DNA of 64,000 nucleotides from Tubulanus polymorphus (lineage: Eukaryota; Animalia; Nemertea). Each line of letters begins with the position of its first letter. Position 1 is the first letter of the stretch. The position numbers and the translations under genes were made by a program. Below are positions 42,430 to 54,545 of this stretch, piece by piece. The notes beneath the pieces are model-generated. The model did no database searches. It worked only from the letters and a program-made list of their open reading frames with translations, and was not told the origin of the DNA. Location of the stretch: assembly GCF_964204645.1 (NCBI RefSeq), contig NC_134029.1, positions 2,728,001 through 2,792,000 of the forward strand. Reading direction: 5' to 3'.

Positions 42430-43091
42430 CAAATTATCTTGTCAACCATTTCAGAAATAAACATTTAAATTTGTTTTGAAAATGTCCTAGATTTTATCAT
42501 AGATTGATGTATTCAGGTATATGATAAACTTTGCTCAATAGATAACAGCCAGGGACTCACTAATCTACCATTCCAAAATAATTTCGGGATAAAATACTCA
42601 TAGCGACATCTTGCGCTGCCAGTGATGACTACTATGTAGCCAATTCAGCTACGCGTGTATGAATTTGGTCCGTTCTAGATTTGGCACATTCCAGGCCGGA
42701 ACCATTTAGAACGCTCAAATTAGTGAAAGTGTGAACCTGTCTACAGCGTGACATGGAAGGTATGCCTATATCAAATGCTCTAATAGCCCTTACTTCAGGA
42801 ACAATGTTGACATAAAACACATTATAGGTTATCTTAGCGCAAGCCGATTGCACTCATATCTGTAGAGCCTCAATTATTATTTGTTTTAGTCGAGCCTTTG
42901 GTCATTTAGAACAGTTGAGAGGTTAAATGAAAAACGCCTCTATGAACTGAGGTCACGTGGTTAAGTCTATACAGGAAGTGTAATGAGAGTTCCGTGGTCT
43001 ATAGTAATCTGGGATGGATGTTAGTCCGTTTAAATTTCCCATACAACTCGAGGATTACACATTGTAGACGCACGCGTGGCATTAACAGAGG

Positions 43092-45216
43092 ATGGAAAAA
43101 CGAGATGAAGTTGTTGATGACGACTCAGATACTGACACAGATGCTGATACTGTTAGTGCTGAGAAGGATCCGGGCAAAATTGAAGGATGCTTTCTGATCC
43201 TAGCTGCTGTTGGAATATATATATGTATAGGAGGATTAATCAACACGACCGGAATTATTATAGTGGAATGGGTCGAATACTTCAAAACAGGTTACAGGAT
43301 AGTCGGCTGGATAGGAACAGGTAGCTCCACTATGTCATATATTTTCGGTAAGTTACGTGTCTTTTTATGGGACCTCAACCGTTTTAATATCATGCCGAAT
43401 ACATAACAACTGAAATTCAATACTTCCACTTCGTTTTGAACAGCGTATTATGTAAAGGTGGACTGTACTTACGCGGAACAATTGGACCTTGAAACTCGAA
43501 CTAATCAAATGACATTCTAATTTCCAACTCAAACAAGGCTGCGGGTTGCAACAACCGAACGATTTTTGGGCTTCGGAAAAGAGAATACTACATACATTTA
43601 ATGACTAACTCTAGGGAAGCATATGAACACTGACTACTAATACAATTAAGATACAATTATCGATATGAAATAGCCTGAGATTTGATGCGTTTGTAGGATC
43701 CATGCAATAACATAATATATACAGAATGTATTTTCTGCGTTTTTGTTTCAGCCCCACTCGCAGGTTTCTTGGTTAAGAGATTCGGTTTAAGACGATGTCT
43801 AGTTGTATCCGCTTTTGTGAATGGTTCTGTTGTTTCCTTTTCGGCGTTTTCCGCGAATCTATGGGTGATCTATATTCTATGGTTAATAGCCGGTAAATAA
43901 TGCGCTATATTCATGCAAACAACTTCGAAACGATGTTAGTTTTTTCCTTCGATTTTTGCGACGAAACGCACACCCAATGTCACAAAAACTTAATATGTTT
44001 ATAACACTGAAATATCTGTATCTAGTGTTGTGAATAGACGAAGTACATATCTTATGACATATGATTATTCTATTTTCAGGTTTATGTCAGGCTTTTCACA
44101 TCGGACCCGTTATAGCCTACATAATGATCAGATTCCGTCGTCACAGATCAATAGCGAACGCTTTCGTTGTTTCAGCCATTTCTTTAGGAACAATCGTGTT
44201 CGGTGTCATTATCAACAAATCAATAGAAGCGTACACCTGGCGTGGTGCAGTACTTTTATTAGGCGCCCTATCGTTAAACATGGCTCCGTGTGCTTTAATT
44301 CTACGCAACTGGAATAAGCGCCCTCACAAAGAGGATGCCCTCTTGTTAAAACAGATAGAAGAGGAAGGACCCAACGGATTGACTGCTGGTGCGGAGAAAC
44401 AGGAATTTAACGATACTAATTCATCTAACGGATGTAGAAATGTTTTGCATTTGGAAGTATTCAGAAAACCGTTCTTTGTGAGTTATAGCATTTCCGTATT
44501 TTTTCTGTTTTTGGCATCGTCTGTTATAGTTGTTCATATAGTTTCTGGATTTAGGGATCTATGTAAACTGGAATTAGAAGATGCCAGATATCTGGTGCCT
44601 TGTTTAGGTACGAGTAATTTGATAGGGCGGTTTGTCGTATCGGTTATATCCCACCATCCACGGGTTGATACCCTCACCTTGTATCAAATAATGAATATTC
44701 TATTCGGAATCACTGTGGCGATAGTGCCTTTATTTGAAGGCTTCGTGGCCGCAGCAATACTAGTTGTAATTATAGGATTGGTATTTACATCATTTGGAGC
44801 ACTAGCCCATCTAGTTGTTACCGAAATGATTGAAGAAAGATATATTCATATGTCCGTACAGTATATGTTCTTTGTAGCCGGAATTGGTTACATGATCGGA
44901 GGCCCATTAGCCGGTAAGAGCCTCGCTTTCTCATTTTCAAATAATAATATATATTTTCACCGAATAACATGATATATCGTATGATTTCTATCATCGACAA
45001 TATTTGTCTGATGTTAATTTCATCTCGTTCAATGTGTGAATATTTTCAGGGTGGGTTTATGATGTCACCGGAAACTATGTTTATTCGTTTGAATTAACGG
45101 CGAGTTTACTCGGTGTTAGTGTTCTGGTATTGTTACCGTCCTGGTTTAAACACATCCGTCAGTTGAAGAAAAGAACTGCAGTACCAGACATATCCGAAAA
45201 AGAAATTATCTTGTGA
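43092..45216 (+). CDS. SLC16/MCT-family MFS transporter, copy D (465 aa)
   Basis: Exons 43092-43347, 43752-43892, 44080-44913, 45050-45216 (1398 nt), GT-AG, intact frame. Confidence 0.92.
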
Positions 45217-45644
45217 ACCATTTCGAAATACAGAATACAGTATTATCTCACAATTTTGTTATGTATGATACTAGTATTCGTGGAAATAACTATAAGGAAA
45301 GGAAACATTTCAGGCTTTTTGTTTTCTTAGTGTGGAATTTTATATTACGGTTACGGCATGGACTCAGAGTGCTTCATCGATGGTAATTATAGACATCATT
45401 TCGAAAAAAATTCATTTTTCATGTTATTCTTTGTGCAATTGATGACTACCTCGGACGATCTTAACATTGCGTGTTGGGAACGTTTAATTCGGGCTCTTTC
45501 ATCATAAACCGTCATCACGGGTTTGAAATCATCAGACCACGTGATGCGTTGGTGTATGCGCATGCGTCACGTAAGCCTCCAGATCAACGCTAAATATACA
45601 ACTTTCATTTTTCGAGCTCCGGAAATTCCAGCTCCATCTTAACT

Positions 45645-45805
45645 CCCGCGAGTCACTCTGTCGCCACTGCCCCGCGAGTCACCCTGTCGCCACTGCCCCG
45701 CGAGTCACTCTGTCGCCGCCACTGCCCCGCGAGTCACCCTGTCGCCACTGCCCCGCGAGTCACTCTGTCGCCACTGCCCCGCGAGTCACCCTGACGCCAC
45801 TGCCC
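45645..45805. repeat. GC-rich minisatellite, 6 x 26 bp (CCCGCGAGTCACYCTGTCGCCACTGC)
   Basis: Units start at 45645, 45671, 45697 (with a GCC insertion), 45726, 45752 and 45778. T and C alternate at one position in every unit. Confidence 0.95.
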
Positions 45806-46401
45806 ATGTTTTAAAATCGTCGTCATCCAGATCAAATCTTCATCGCGGAAATGAGCAGGAATTTGTGCTGTTGCCAATGGTTACAGCATCGACGCCCGGT
45901 TGATCTTTGCTATCCTTCGCAATCAATACCCATCCGTAGTATATCCAGCTCGTTTAAGAATACCAGACGTTCAGCCCGGAAATAGCCGAAGTTTACCGAA
46001 CTGCTTCGGATTAGTGTCACTATTAGAATTATGTGCATCGATTTACGAGGGAGGACGCTGTCTCCGGCTGCAGCAGCAAGAGACAGCGCTACTAGACAGT
46101 AGCAGCAAAATGACAACATCAGTTACACCGCAATTTACAGTATTATGCAATACTACGACATATTCGATGTTGCCTTAAGAGCTATCCGCGCGTGGTACTG
46201 AGGAAGAATTGACGATTGCGATTTGTCTTCTCCGACGGTGATATGTCGTCGCATACTGAGGTTCGATCTGCTGCACCTGTCACAGTCTTGTCAAATGTAA
46301 CCGTTCACGGAGCGTAGGAGTCAGTAATATACGATTCAAACTACAGTGAAGCATACGAAATATTCGAGGAGATTTCTATTCTATCATAACCGGTGTGCAA
46401 A

Positions 46402-49400
46402 ATGATGAATTCGATGAAAGATTTAAACATTGATCAACGCCAAGTTTCGATACAATTCGAACGACAGGATAAACTTTACCACAGCGGTGAACAGATTCGA
46501 GGCTCTGTCGTTCTGGAATTGGAAAAACCGATGGAAATTACAGGTAATCAAATCAAATTTAGATGCACTTTTTAAGCGAGAATTCCCGATTTAGATCCTC
46601 TTTATCGTTGTTCGTTTCATCAATGACTGTGATAATTCGACGTTTATGTCGTAGATTTTCAGCACGTTATGTTGCTGTTTGCACGTTTCAGAGTTGAAAT
46701 CAGTAAATTATTTAAATACATATTTCCGTTCTATGATAAAATAACGCTTTTTGTAGTTAGGAATCGTGACGAAATTGATTATATGGAGTTTGCTACGTAC
46801 TCGAAGGTCGGACAGAATAAGGGTGACTCCGTAGATAACTAATCAATCACTGTATCATTACAATTTGATAGTTATATGGTGCCCTTCGAATGCCATTTAT
46901 CCCAGAGCCGTTAATCTGATTAATGTTACTTGCTTAACGATGCTTTAATATTCAATTCCCCGTTTTGTAAATCAGACGAACTCATCAGGCGCGAGATGCA
47001 AACTTAATAGAATCATCCATTATATATCCATTTTATCAAACGCAAAAATAACTCATCTATTTCTTTACTGAAATAATCTACGAATCAGCGCAACCTGTTG
47101 AACTTGTTTTCAACGTGGAAAGGGGTCACCTTTTATCCGTCGAGTGGATTAACTCATGTCATCGGAGAGGATCAAGCGTCCAAGCCCTGCGGTCACCTAA
47201 AAATCGAGTCTTCCCACTAGAAAAGTGTGTTCTCGGTAAAATCCTATGAAAAACAAATGTATCGAATTTCGTTTGTCGACGACGAAATCATTAGCGTGAA
47301 TAAAATTGCTCTAAAAAATCGCGCGTTTCTCTCGATCTACTCTGTCGTAGTAATTAGCTACTTTTCACACACGCACAATTGCTGAAAGAATTGTGTGCAT
47401 CAGACACGATTTGTGGAACGGTTTATGTTCCCAATAAAGGTGACGAATTCAGCTATATCGCTGTATACAGCACTGTTTCTATGGTAACACGATGATATAA
47501 AAACGTATTATAGACGGAGACATTTAGAGTGAATTAGGTTTGATTGACCAGATTTCAATTCGTGGGCTTCAAATTAGCAATTCCGATGCGCTATGCTTAG
47601 AAGGTTGACAGTTAAATCGATGACAACAGTATTTATAAGCACTATCAGCGATCAATCTTATCTTCACCTCTGCACAAACCGACCCCGATATTTCATGCAA
47701 CTAAGAATATAGATCTGTTAAATGGGTGTTTAATCATTGTACATGTATAGTATTTGGGGTTCTAGATTTCAATTTCATGATATCTAATCACTCCACCCAT
47801 GATCCCCAAATTATGCACAATTCTTATCCACATTTCACCTTGCAACTAAGACCTGCTATATACACATACAGGGGATTTATCTTTTCAGATCCCTGATTGT
47901 ATTTTATGTCAGAACTTTGCTTTCAATCTTATCCGATATTGTTTTAGATTTTATATGTTTATGATATTTTTCAGGAGTTGAGGTAAAGCTATACGGCGGA
48001 ACGTCAGTCCGCTGGACGGATAATCGTGACCCGATACCCGACGACAAGGTCAACATAGAATACAACGTAGAAGAAATCTACTTCAAAAAAGTGTTAGTTT
48101 TATGGGGAAGAGGTAAATAACTGATAGAGAAATGAATTACGTGTTTGGGTGTTAGAATTCCCTGGGTTAGAAATTTGAAAAAATGCATTCATTAACTTCG
48201 AATGCCATAAAGGTGTAACTAAAAGACTGCACCTGTGTGCGAACGTGTTCTTGATGAATACTTGTATAGTTTTGTGGTTATAAATTCCCACAAGTTTTAA
48301 GATACGTAAAGCCTTAACTACGCAATCCAGCTACTATCTACACGTGTACCGGGACAGCGTTCACTGAATACGAAATGTGTTGATGGAATTCTGGTCACGG
48401 AGAACTGCGTTGTGTTTCCCTCGATGAATCAACCATTTTTGACACGAGAAAAAAATCCCCCGTCGACAAGATGTGACATGTCGATTTGTCATTCGGGTGT
48501 TTTTGTAATAAAAACTGTGATTATACCACCGAATTGATGCGTCTCGGAACAGTTGAACAGGTGGTTAACTGTAACAGTTCAGGGAATCCCCTACTCTGAT
48601 TGGCTGATAGAGGTCTATAGTTAAATCAATTAACTTTTGAACTATTTGCAATAAACAACATTTTCCCGCTCGATTGAGCTTATGTATTCAAACCACATGT
48701 GGTTATTCAAAAGCGGTTTAATGAAGAAGTAGCGTTAATCTATAGAGTCACCCACGGCTTGTGACGTTCTGTGCTTCGTGACAAGCCATCTACATTTCCT
48801 CGTTATCCAATAAAGGATAAGTGGTGAATATTGAAAAACTGCTATTAATGAGAATTTGACAATCCATCTAGCTCTTGAATAACGGATATTTCGTTCCTGT
48901 GGTCGTATAACATATTAAGATTCGTGCCTTGCGACGGTTACAAAATAAAGACACGTAAATAAATGTTCTTCTGAATGTGACACCAGTAAATGTTTCACTA
49001 ATGTGTTAGAATTATTCATCGTACGGAAGGGTGTGGTCAATTCTAGCTCCTAAAACTATTACCGCCTGAATGGATGATTAATTCATGGTCGGCGCTCGCA
49101 CAACCAGGTTTGCTATATCATCATCTTATCCATTTTCATTTGGTAAACATGAATAAAAACAGACGCGTAGAGGGAGGAATTTACATTCGCGTCACGAATT
49201 CCTAAACCCCTTTAATGTCATTTATTGGGCGTTGTTGTTTTCGACGCTTAAATCTTGGAGAAGTAAAGAGCGATCCGCCGAGCTGTAGAGAATCAGTTCC
49301 ATCAGACACACAGCTACACAGCGCTCTTTAGAATAATTTCCTCATAAACATGTCTGACCAGTCGAGTTTAGAAAGCATTCTCTGCATCTTTATGTAACAA

Positions 49401-52400
49401 TATGGAAAACGTGTATATTACCAGCCATATATTCTATCTCGTGAGCCGATTATCGGGCAGTAACGCGAGGAATGGCTATTCGGGTCCTATTCGGGAAGTG
49501 GATATTTGTCTTATGGGCATCTGGGAGATTTGATTTGTTTCCAGGGAACACGAACATCGTATTACATTGTGACACTAATATCTAATCGTTATAGTTTGTT
49601 AATATTCATTAGACATTAATTTTGATCCCTTATTTGGATTGTTTTATCGGATAAACTCCAAGTCCAGGATTCGGGAAAAACATTCCGCATGTCGGTTTTG
49701 ATAAAACCAGAAACAGAATAGGCCAGCACGACGGGACGGGATATACTTCGCGAATCATTTTTCGTAACCTCGGCCACATATCATCGATTAACGTTAAATC
49801 TTCATATCTGTCTTTCTGTGTTGAGATTGCGACGATCCATCAGTGCGGGGGCTACTGTGTATTGCTCGATGCGGGGGCTACTGTGTATCGCTCAGTGCGG
49901 GGCTGTGCGGGGTAACTGTGTAATGCGCGGGGTTTCCGTGAATGAAATATGAGGCAGGAAATCGATGCGTTTACCTTGTTTCGGGATTCGATAGCTTGCA
50001 GTTGAGCAATTAAGCTGGCTGGCATTTTTAGAGGTAGAATTCCTGGTAGAATCGTCTAAATCGGTGTATCAGAGGCAGCGTCTTTCCCTAGGAATTCCAA
50101 TTCGGTCGTTCGGTTATTTGCGAGGGCGCGTTCACCATCCTCGAAATCACGATGACGTCAGTGAATGTCATTTCTAATAACTGTATTGCTTAGAAAACTG
50201 AAATGCAATTCTACCTTCGATTTTACAGGTCATTTGAACTCGCAGAAAGAAGTGGATAAATTATCAGCGGGAAAACATGTATTCCCCTTCAGATATAATT
50301 TACCGACTGATATACCGTGTTCGTTTGAGGGAATCTACGGATCTGTGCGTTACTATGCAAAAGCTTCGGTACTTAGTGAGCTTTACAGTCAAAATCTCGA
50401 ATCAACAGTATTCATAACGGTGCTGCAAGACCTCAATCTCAGTTTGCAATCATTGGTAAGGTTGTTTTACGAGGGTTTAATCAGGTGCATCACACGTGGC
50501 ACTCAAAAATCTCGAAGAAAGGCAGAAGAAATTGAAAACGACTTTTAAAACTTGAAATGTTTTTTGAAGTAAAATTTCCATGTAGAAATTGGGTGGGGGT
50601 GTTCAGGGTGTCCAATCTGAATTAGGCGTTTCGCCCGTGTTACTGTGATCCGCCCCGAGTTTAAGTATGAAGCTTAACCACAAGTCATATCGGAAGCTAT
50701 TAGCACAGCCTAGTCGACGAATCAGCGGAAGTTGCTTCATGATTCCACGCGTGTACGGCACATTGCCGAATATGTTCAGGAAACGACGTATCGAATACAA
50801 ATGCGAAGCGAATTCGCCGATCTTTTATTTCGCATATCCAATAACGCTTAACGAGCTAAATTCTGCGAACATCGCCGAACAGGTTGTGCACCCTAGAAAT
50901 AGGAGGTAAAGCATCATAAGTCTGAGTGCTTACTGGGTACGTTAGCGGAGGGTCTTCATCCAGTCAGAGGGTTAATACTTTGAGTGGTGCTTCGTGCCCG
51001 CATCAAGTGATCTGAAAAAGCTTCCATTAAGCACTCAAAAGTTAAGTGCATTTTCCGCATTATCATCCATGCATTTAAGAAGTTTCCTATCAAGATAACT
51101 AATACATATCTTACTCATTGCTCTAGGAAACCAAACTCGGTTTTATGTATCTTTTTCAGAGCGGGGTCCGAAAATCTCAGGAAATATCGATTCATTCCTG
51201 TTTTCGTGCAGGAAGTTTGACTTGTACTTTGAGTTTGCCGAGTTGCGGGTTCGTTCCGGGACAGATTATACGCGCCGACATCAGCGTGAAAAACAAATCA
51301 ACTCGTAAAGTACAAGGAGCAACTTTATCACTAAAACAGGTGAAAACAACATTTCATATAGAACTCTTATTGTGTTCTTTGTGTTGTGAGTATCGACACG
51401 TTCGTAGAGATGCCGCCTTCCGACGTTTATCTCGATTCCGAAAAAGACCAAGAACCAAAATCGGAAGATGTTGTTCAGGCTTTTATAGTCACTTGATTTC
51501 CTTCACATGTTACTCTATAGGATATTGGTATTCTCAAAAAATGATAGGTATATCAAATGATACATGTTTATACCAGTAATAATAATACTTTTACTCAATT
51601 CATTTGTGCACTTTATGTTCAACCATCCTTGGAGTAATCAGACTGATTACTCCAAGAACCATCCAACTGTCTTCCGCAATATTTATAATACCATGTTGGT
51701 GTTCAACCCTGTATCATCGGAATTCATTCGACTGCTGGCTCGTTATTATTAGAAGCTGAAACTTATCGAGACATTTTCTAATTCAGATCGTTCGTTACGG
51801 ATCCGACGATTCGAATAAATCCCGCAAAGTCATGTGGGAAATTCAGCACCTGAATATCGGATCAATAAATGCGGAAAGTGAACAGAAATTTGTCGAAAAC
51901 ATTTTACACGTACCGTCTCTGCCACCGTCCCGACTCGACTGTTGCCAGTTTATTGATATCAAATATGACATGGTGGTAAGTGCTCTCTGTGTGTAACATG
52001 TCTATTATCCAGGAGGAGGTGAAGTGTATATACAAGAAACGTTTCCAATCTCTTTTCAGCTCAAGATGTTTGTCAAGAAAAGTCATCCGTTGCTCTTATC
52101 TTTGCCCATAATAATAGGAACATTACCGCACGGTCAGTGCGCCAGTAACTGGGAATATAAAGGTAACATCGCCAAATCTCGCGAATAGGCTTCAGTTTAT
52201 ATACAGAGTTGACTCTAGTTGTAGAGGAGCCGTGTTAACCTGGTGTCGAATCAGTTAACGTGTAGAGTAAATAAATAGATAGATAGATTTTATCAAAAAT
52301 CTCGTGTCTAGTTAATAGTACCGTGACCAGTTAAATAAGCTACCGCTGATAAAACTACTATACGCTTGAAGCGAAAACTCGTATTTTTGTGCTATCTATC

Positions 52401-53304
52401 TTCTTCGCCTTTACATAATTAACTGTGAAATTGGAGATGGCGATAACTGCCCTGGTCTAAAATTCTGAAATGTGACAACACATATGTTTACCGGGATTAT
52501 ACGACGTTTACAGAGTTCAAACGATTTTCCGATGACAGAGTTGCGATTACCCCCAGGCTTTGACATATTACTGTAAATACTCCTGACTAGATAGTCTGTC
52601 TGTCTCCCCTTCAGTTAATCATCCGTACGTTCAATACATTGCCATTGATTGACCGTGAATATCTAAACGGAGCCAGAGGTTGAATGTTCTGAGCTCGTGT
52701 CGACATGTAATTTTCCAATCAATCAAATCGCTCGAATTTCAACGTTTAAATTATCACTCTTCTGGCGATGGCTGCCAGATGAGAATTAAAACGTCACATG
52801 AAATAAATATATCATTGGTTTACGAACAATTTGTTTTGATCGCGTGACTCGAATTCAACGCAGCAGCAGCAGCAGCAGCAGCAGCAACAAGAACACTAGG
52901 GGCGTGACGTTGAACTGGAACGTAGCAAAATTATGGATGATAACATTTTCAAACGATACCATCAGCACTTCAATACATTTTTATTCAGTATCAAGTCGTT
53001 ATCACGATATGATAAAATCGTTATGAAATATCTATTTTTCATTTTCAGATTAGATTTTCATCAATCTTTTATTGCTCTATTTACAGAACAATTTCCATAT
53101 CCAGGAACGAAATGGCGATCGATAGAAGTGGATGGTACCCGTCTAGAAGATGATGAACACGGATTTATACCGGCTTATAAATACTATCATTCGGCCGCTA
53201 GTTGTAAATATCAGATTCTGGACAATTCACCGAGTTCTAAGCGAAAACATTTACATCTGAATAACGAACATTGTTCAGACATCGAATCAGAAACGACTGT
53301 GTAA
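46402..53304 (+). CDS. Alpha-arrestin (arrestin domain-containing protein) 1, ~398 aa
   Basis: Exons 46402-46543, 47975-48112, 50229-50455, 51160-51339, 51787-51975, 52060-52162, 53087-53304 (1197 nt). Arrestin_N/C motifs YHSGEQIRGSV, GKHVFPFRYNLPTDIPCSFEGIYGSVRY, GFVPGQII, VPSLPPSRL and LPIIIGTLP. Confidence 0.9.
49840..49934. repeat. Degenerate 26-bp minisatellite (TCAGTGCGGGGGCTACTGTGTATTGC), ~3.5 units
   Basis: Units at 49840, 49866 and 49892, in an intron of arrestin 1. Confidence 0.75.
50604..50896. mobile_element. Possible hAT-like non-autonomous element
   Basis: Imperfect terminal inverted repeats CAGGGTGTCCAATCTG...CAGGTTGTGCACCCTA. No TSD was found. Confidence 0.3.
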
Positions 53305-54545
53305 CAATTTCTCTAGGATCTCACGCTAGAATTTTTAACCAGTTATAGTTACATTCTTTCAAATGCTTTTTTGAAACTTGTTGATAAAGCGCGGTTCCAA
53401 ACCGCTATTTCGAGAATAGCGATCTCTGATCGGTCGCTCAACAAATGCGACCAATTACGTTTAATACGCTTACGGGATTTTACTACTTCCGCTCCACAAG
53501 AGGTCATGTCTCATCCACGAAATGTGGTGGGACTGTTTCTTCAACGCTCTTATCGTAGAATAATAGTTGACATTCGAATTAGCTGCGTGTGCTCCGCGCT
53601 GGATCCATTTCCACTGTCGTGTTGATTTACACATGAACTGTGGAACTGAGACGTTGTTGCTTCGAGCGATGTTCAAACTTAGGGAAAATGATTTGTTTGC
53701 AGCATTTATCAATCGTCGTATTTTTAAGTATTCATTGAATGATTTCTTTTAAATCAACTCCAGAGGTGTCTCCTCAGTTATACGGCCAGTACTGTAAAAC
53801 TGTTATTTGAGGTCATTCAAATATTGTATTTTATTTTCTCGTTGTTTTTACATGTAAACAAAATAAATACTTTTCATAAATCCATTCCAGATAAAAGTAG
53901 ATTTGTGGTTTAGTTTAAGTCGTGTCTTTATTTGCCTCCAGGTGTTTTGGTTTTCCATTGAATTCTAGCACCCTCTCGCACAATCGATTGCTAAATAGAC
54001 GAAAAACCACTCGAGCTTGTGGCATGAACGCATTGAAGTTACGAAAAGTTAGATTTCCCTGCTATATTCTTAAACATTGAAGAATTATCAAAAATACTCA
54101 TCAGAATATTTCAGCTTCTCAAAATATGCTCGAAAAGAATGTCATTATTTTCGTATGATATACCGCCTTAAACGAGGGTTCAATAGTTAGCATCAAATGA
54201 TCCTTGGGCGTACAAAATCTCACCAGTTATATAAGAATTTTTATCAAATACCCCTAAAGCATAAATAACATATGAAAAACTGTATGATAATGCGATCTGG
54301 GGGTTTCATAACTGTAGGGTGTGGCTGTTATAAACAAGGCTGCATAATCTTCATACAATCAATATATTATGCATCTACGAACGTCAATGTAGCATCGTGT
54401 TTCTGTGTGCGTTAGGCGAGTCGTCTTCGTTCTAGATGTGTTAACAAGGTACGTTATAAAACACTTTCATTTAAGTCTGGTTTATGGTTAGTTGATTCAG
54501 TCGCATGAAAACATCGATGATAATTGTGTTTGTAGCTTGTTGACG

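Noticed and set aside
34785-44317. Antisense and alternative-frame ORFs overlapping the transporter exons
   Set aside because: They are shadow ORFs of real coding sequence, repeated only because the genes are paralogs.
45645-45805. CRISPR-like appearance of the 26-bp repeats
   Set aside because: The units are contiguous with no unique spacers, there are no cas genes, and the context is eukaryotic.
45900-46178. ORFs 45900..46178 (+) and 45910..46119 (-, with a signal-peptide-like start)
   Set aside because: Neither has an ATG start, splice support or a domain. They are probably promoter or leader sequence of arrestin 1.
50925-51036. 14-bp inverted repeat (TGAGTGCTTACTGG / CCATTAAGCACTCA)
   Set aside because: Single occurrence with no TSD. 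It may be a decayed MITE but cannot be supported.
53049-53053. Upstream acceptor for the last exon of arrestin 1
   Set aside because: It gives an immediate TAG. The acceptor at 53087 keeps the frame and yields the FxPxY-type terminal motif.
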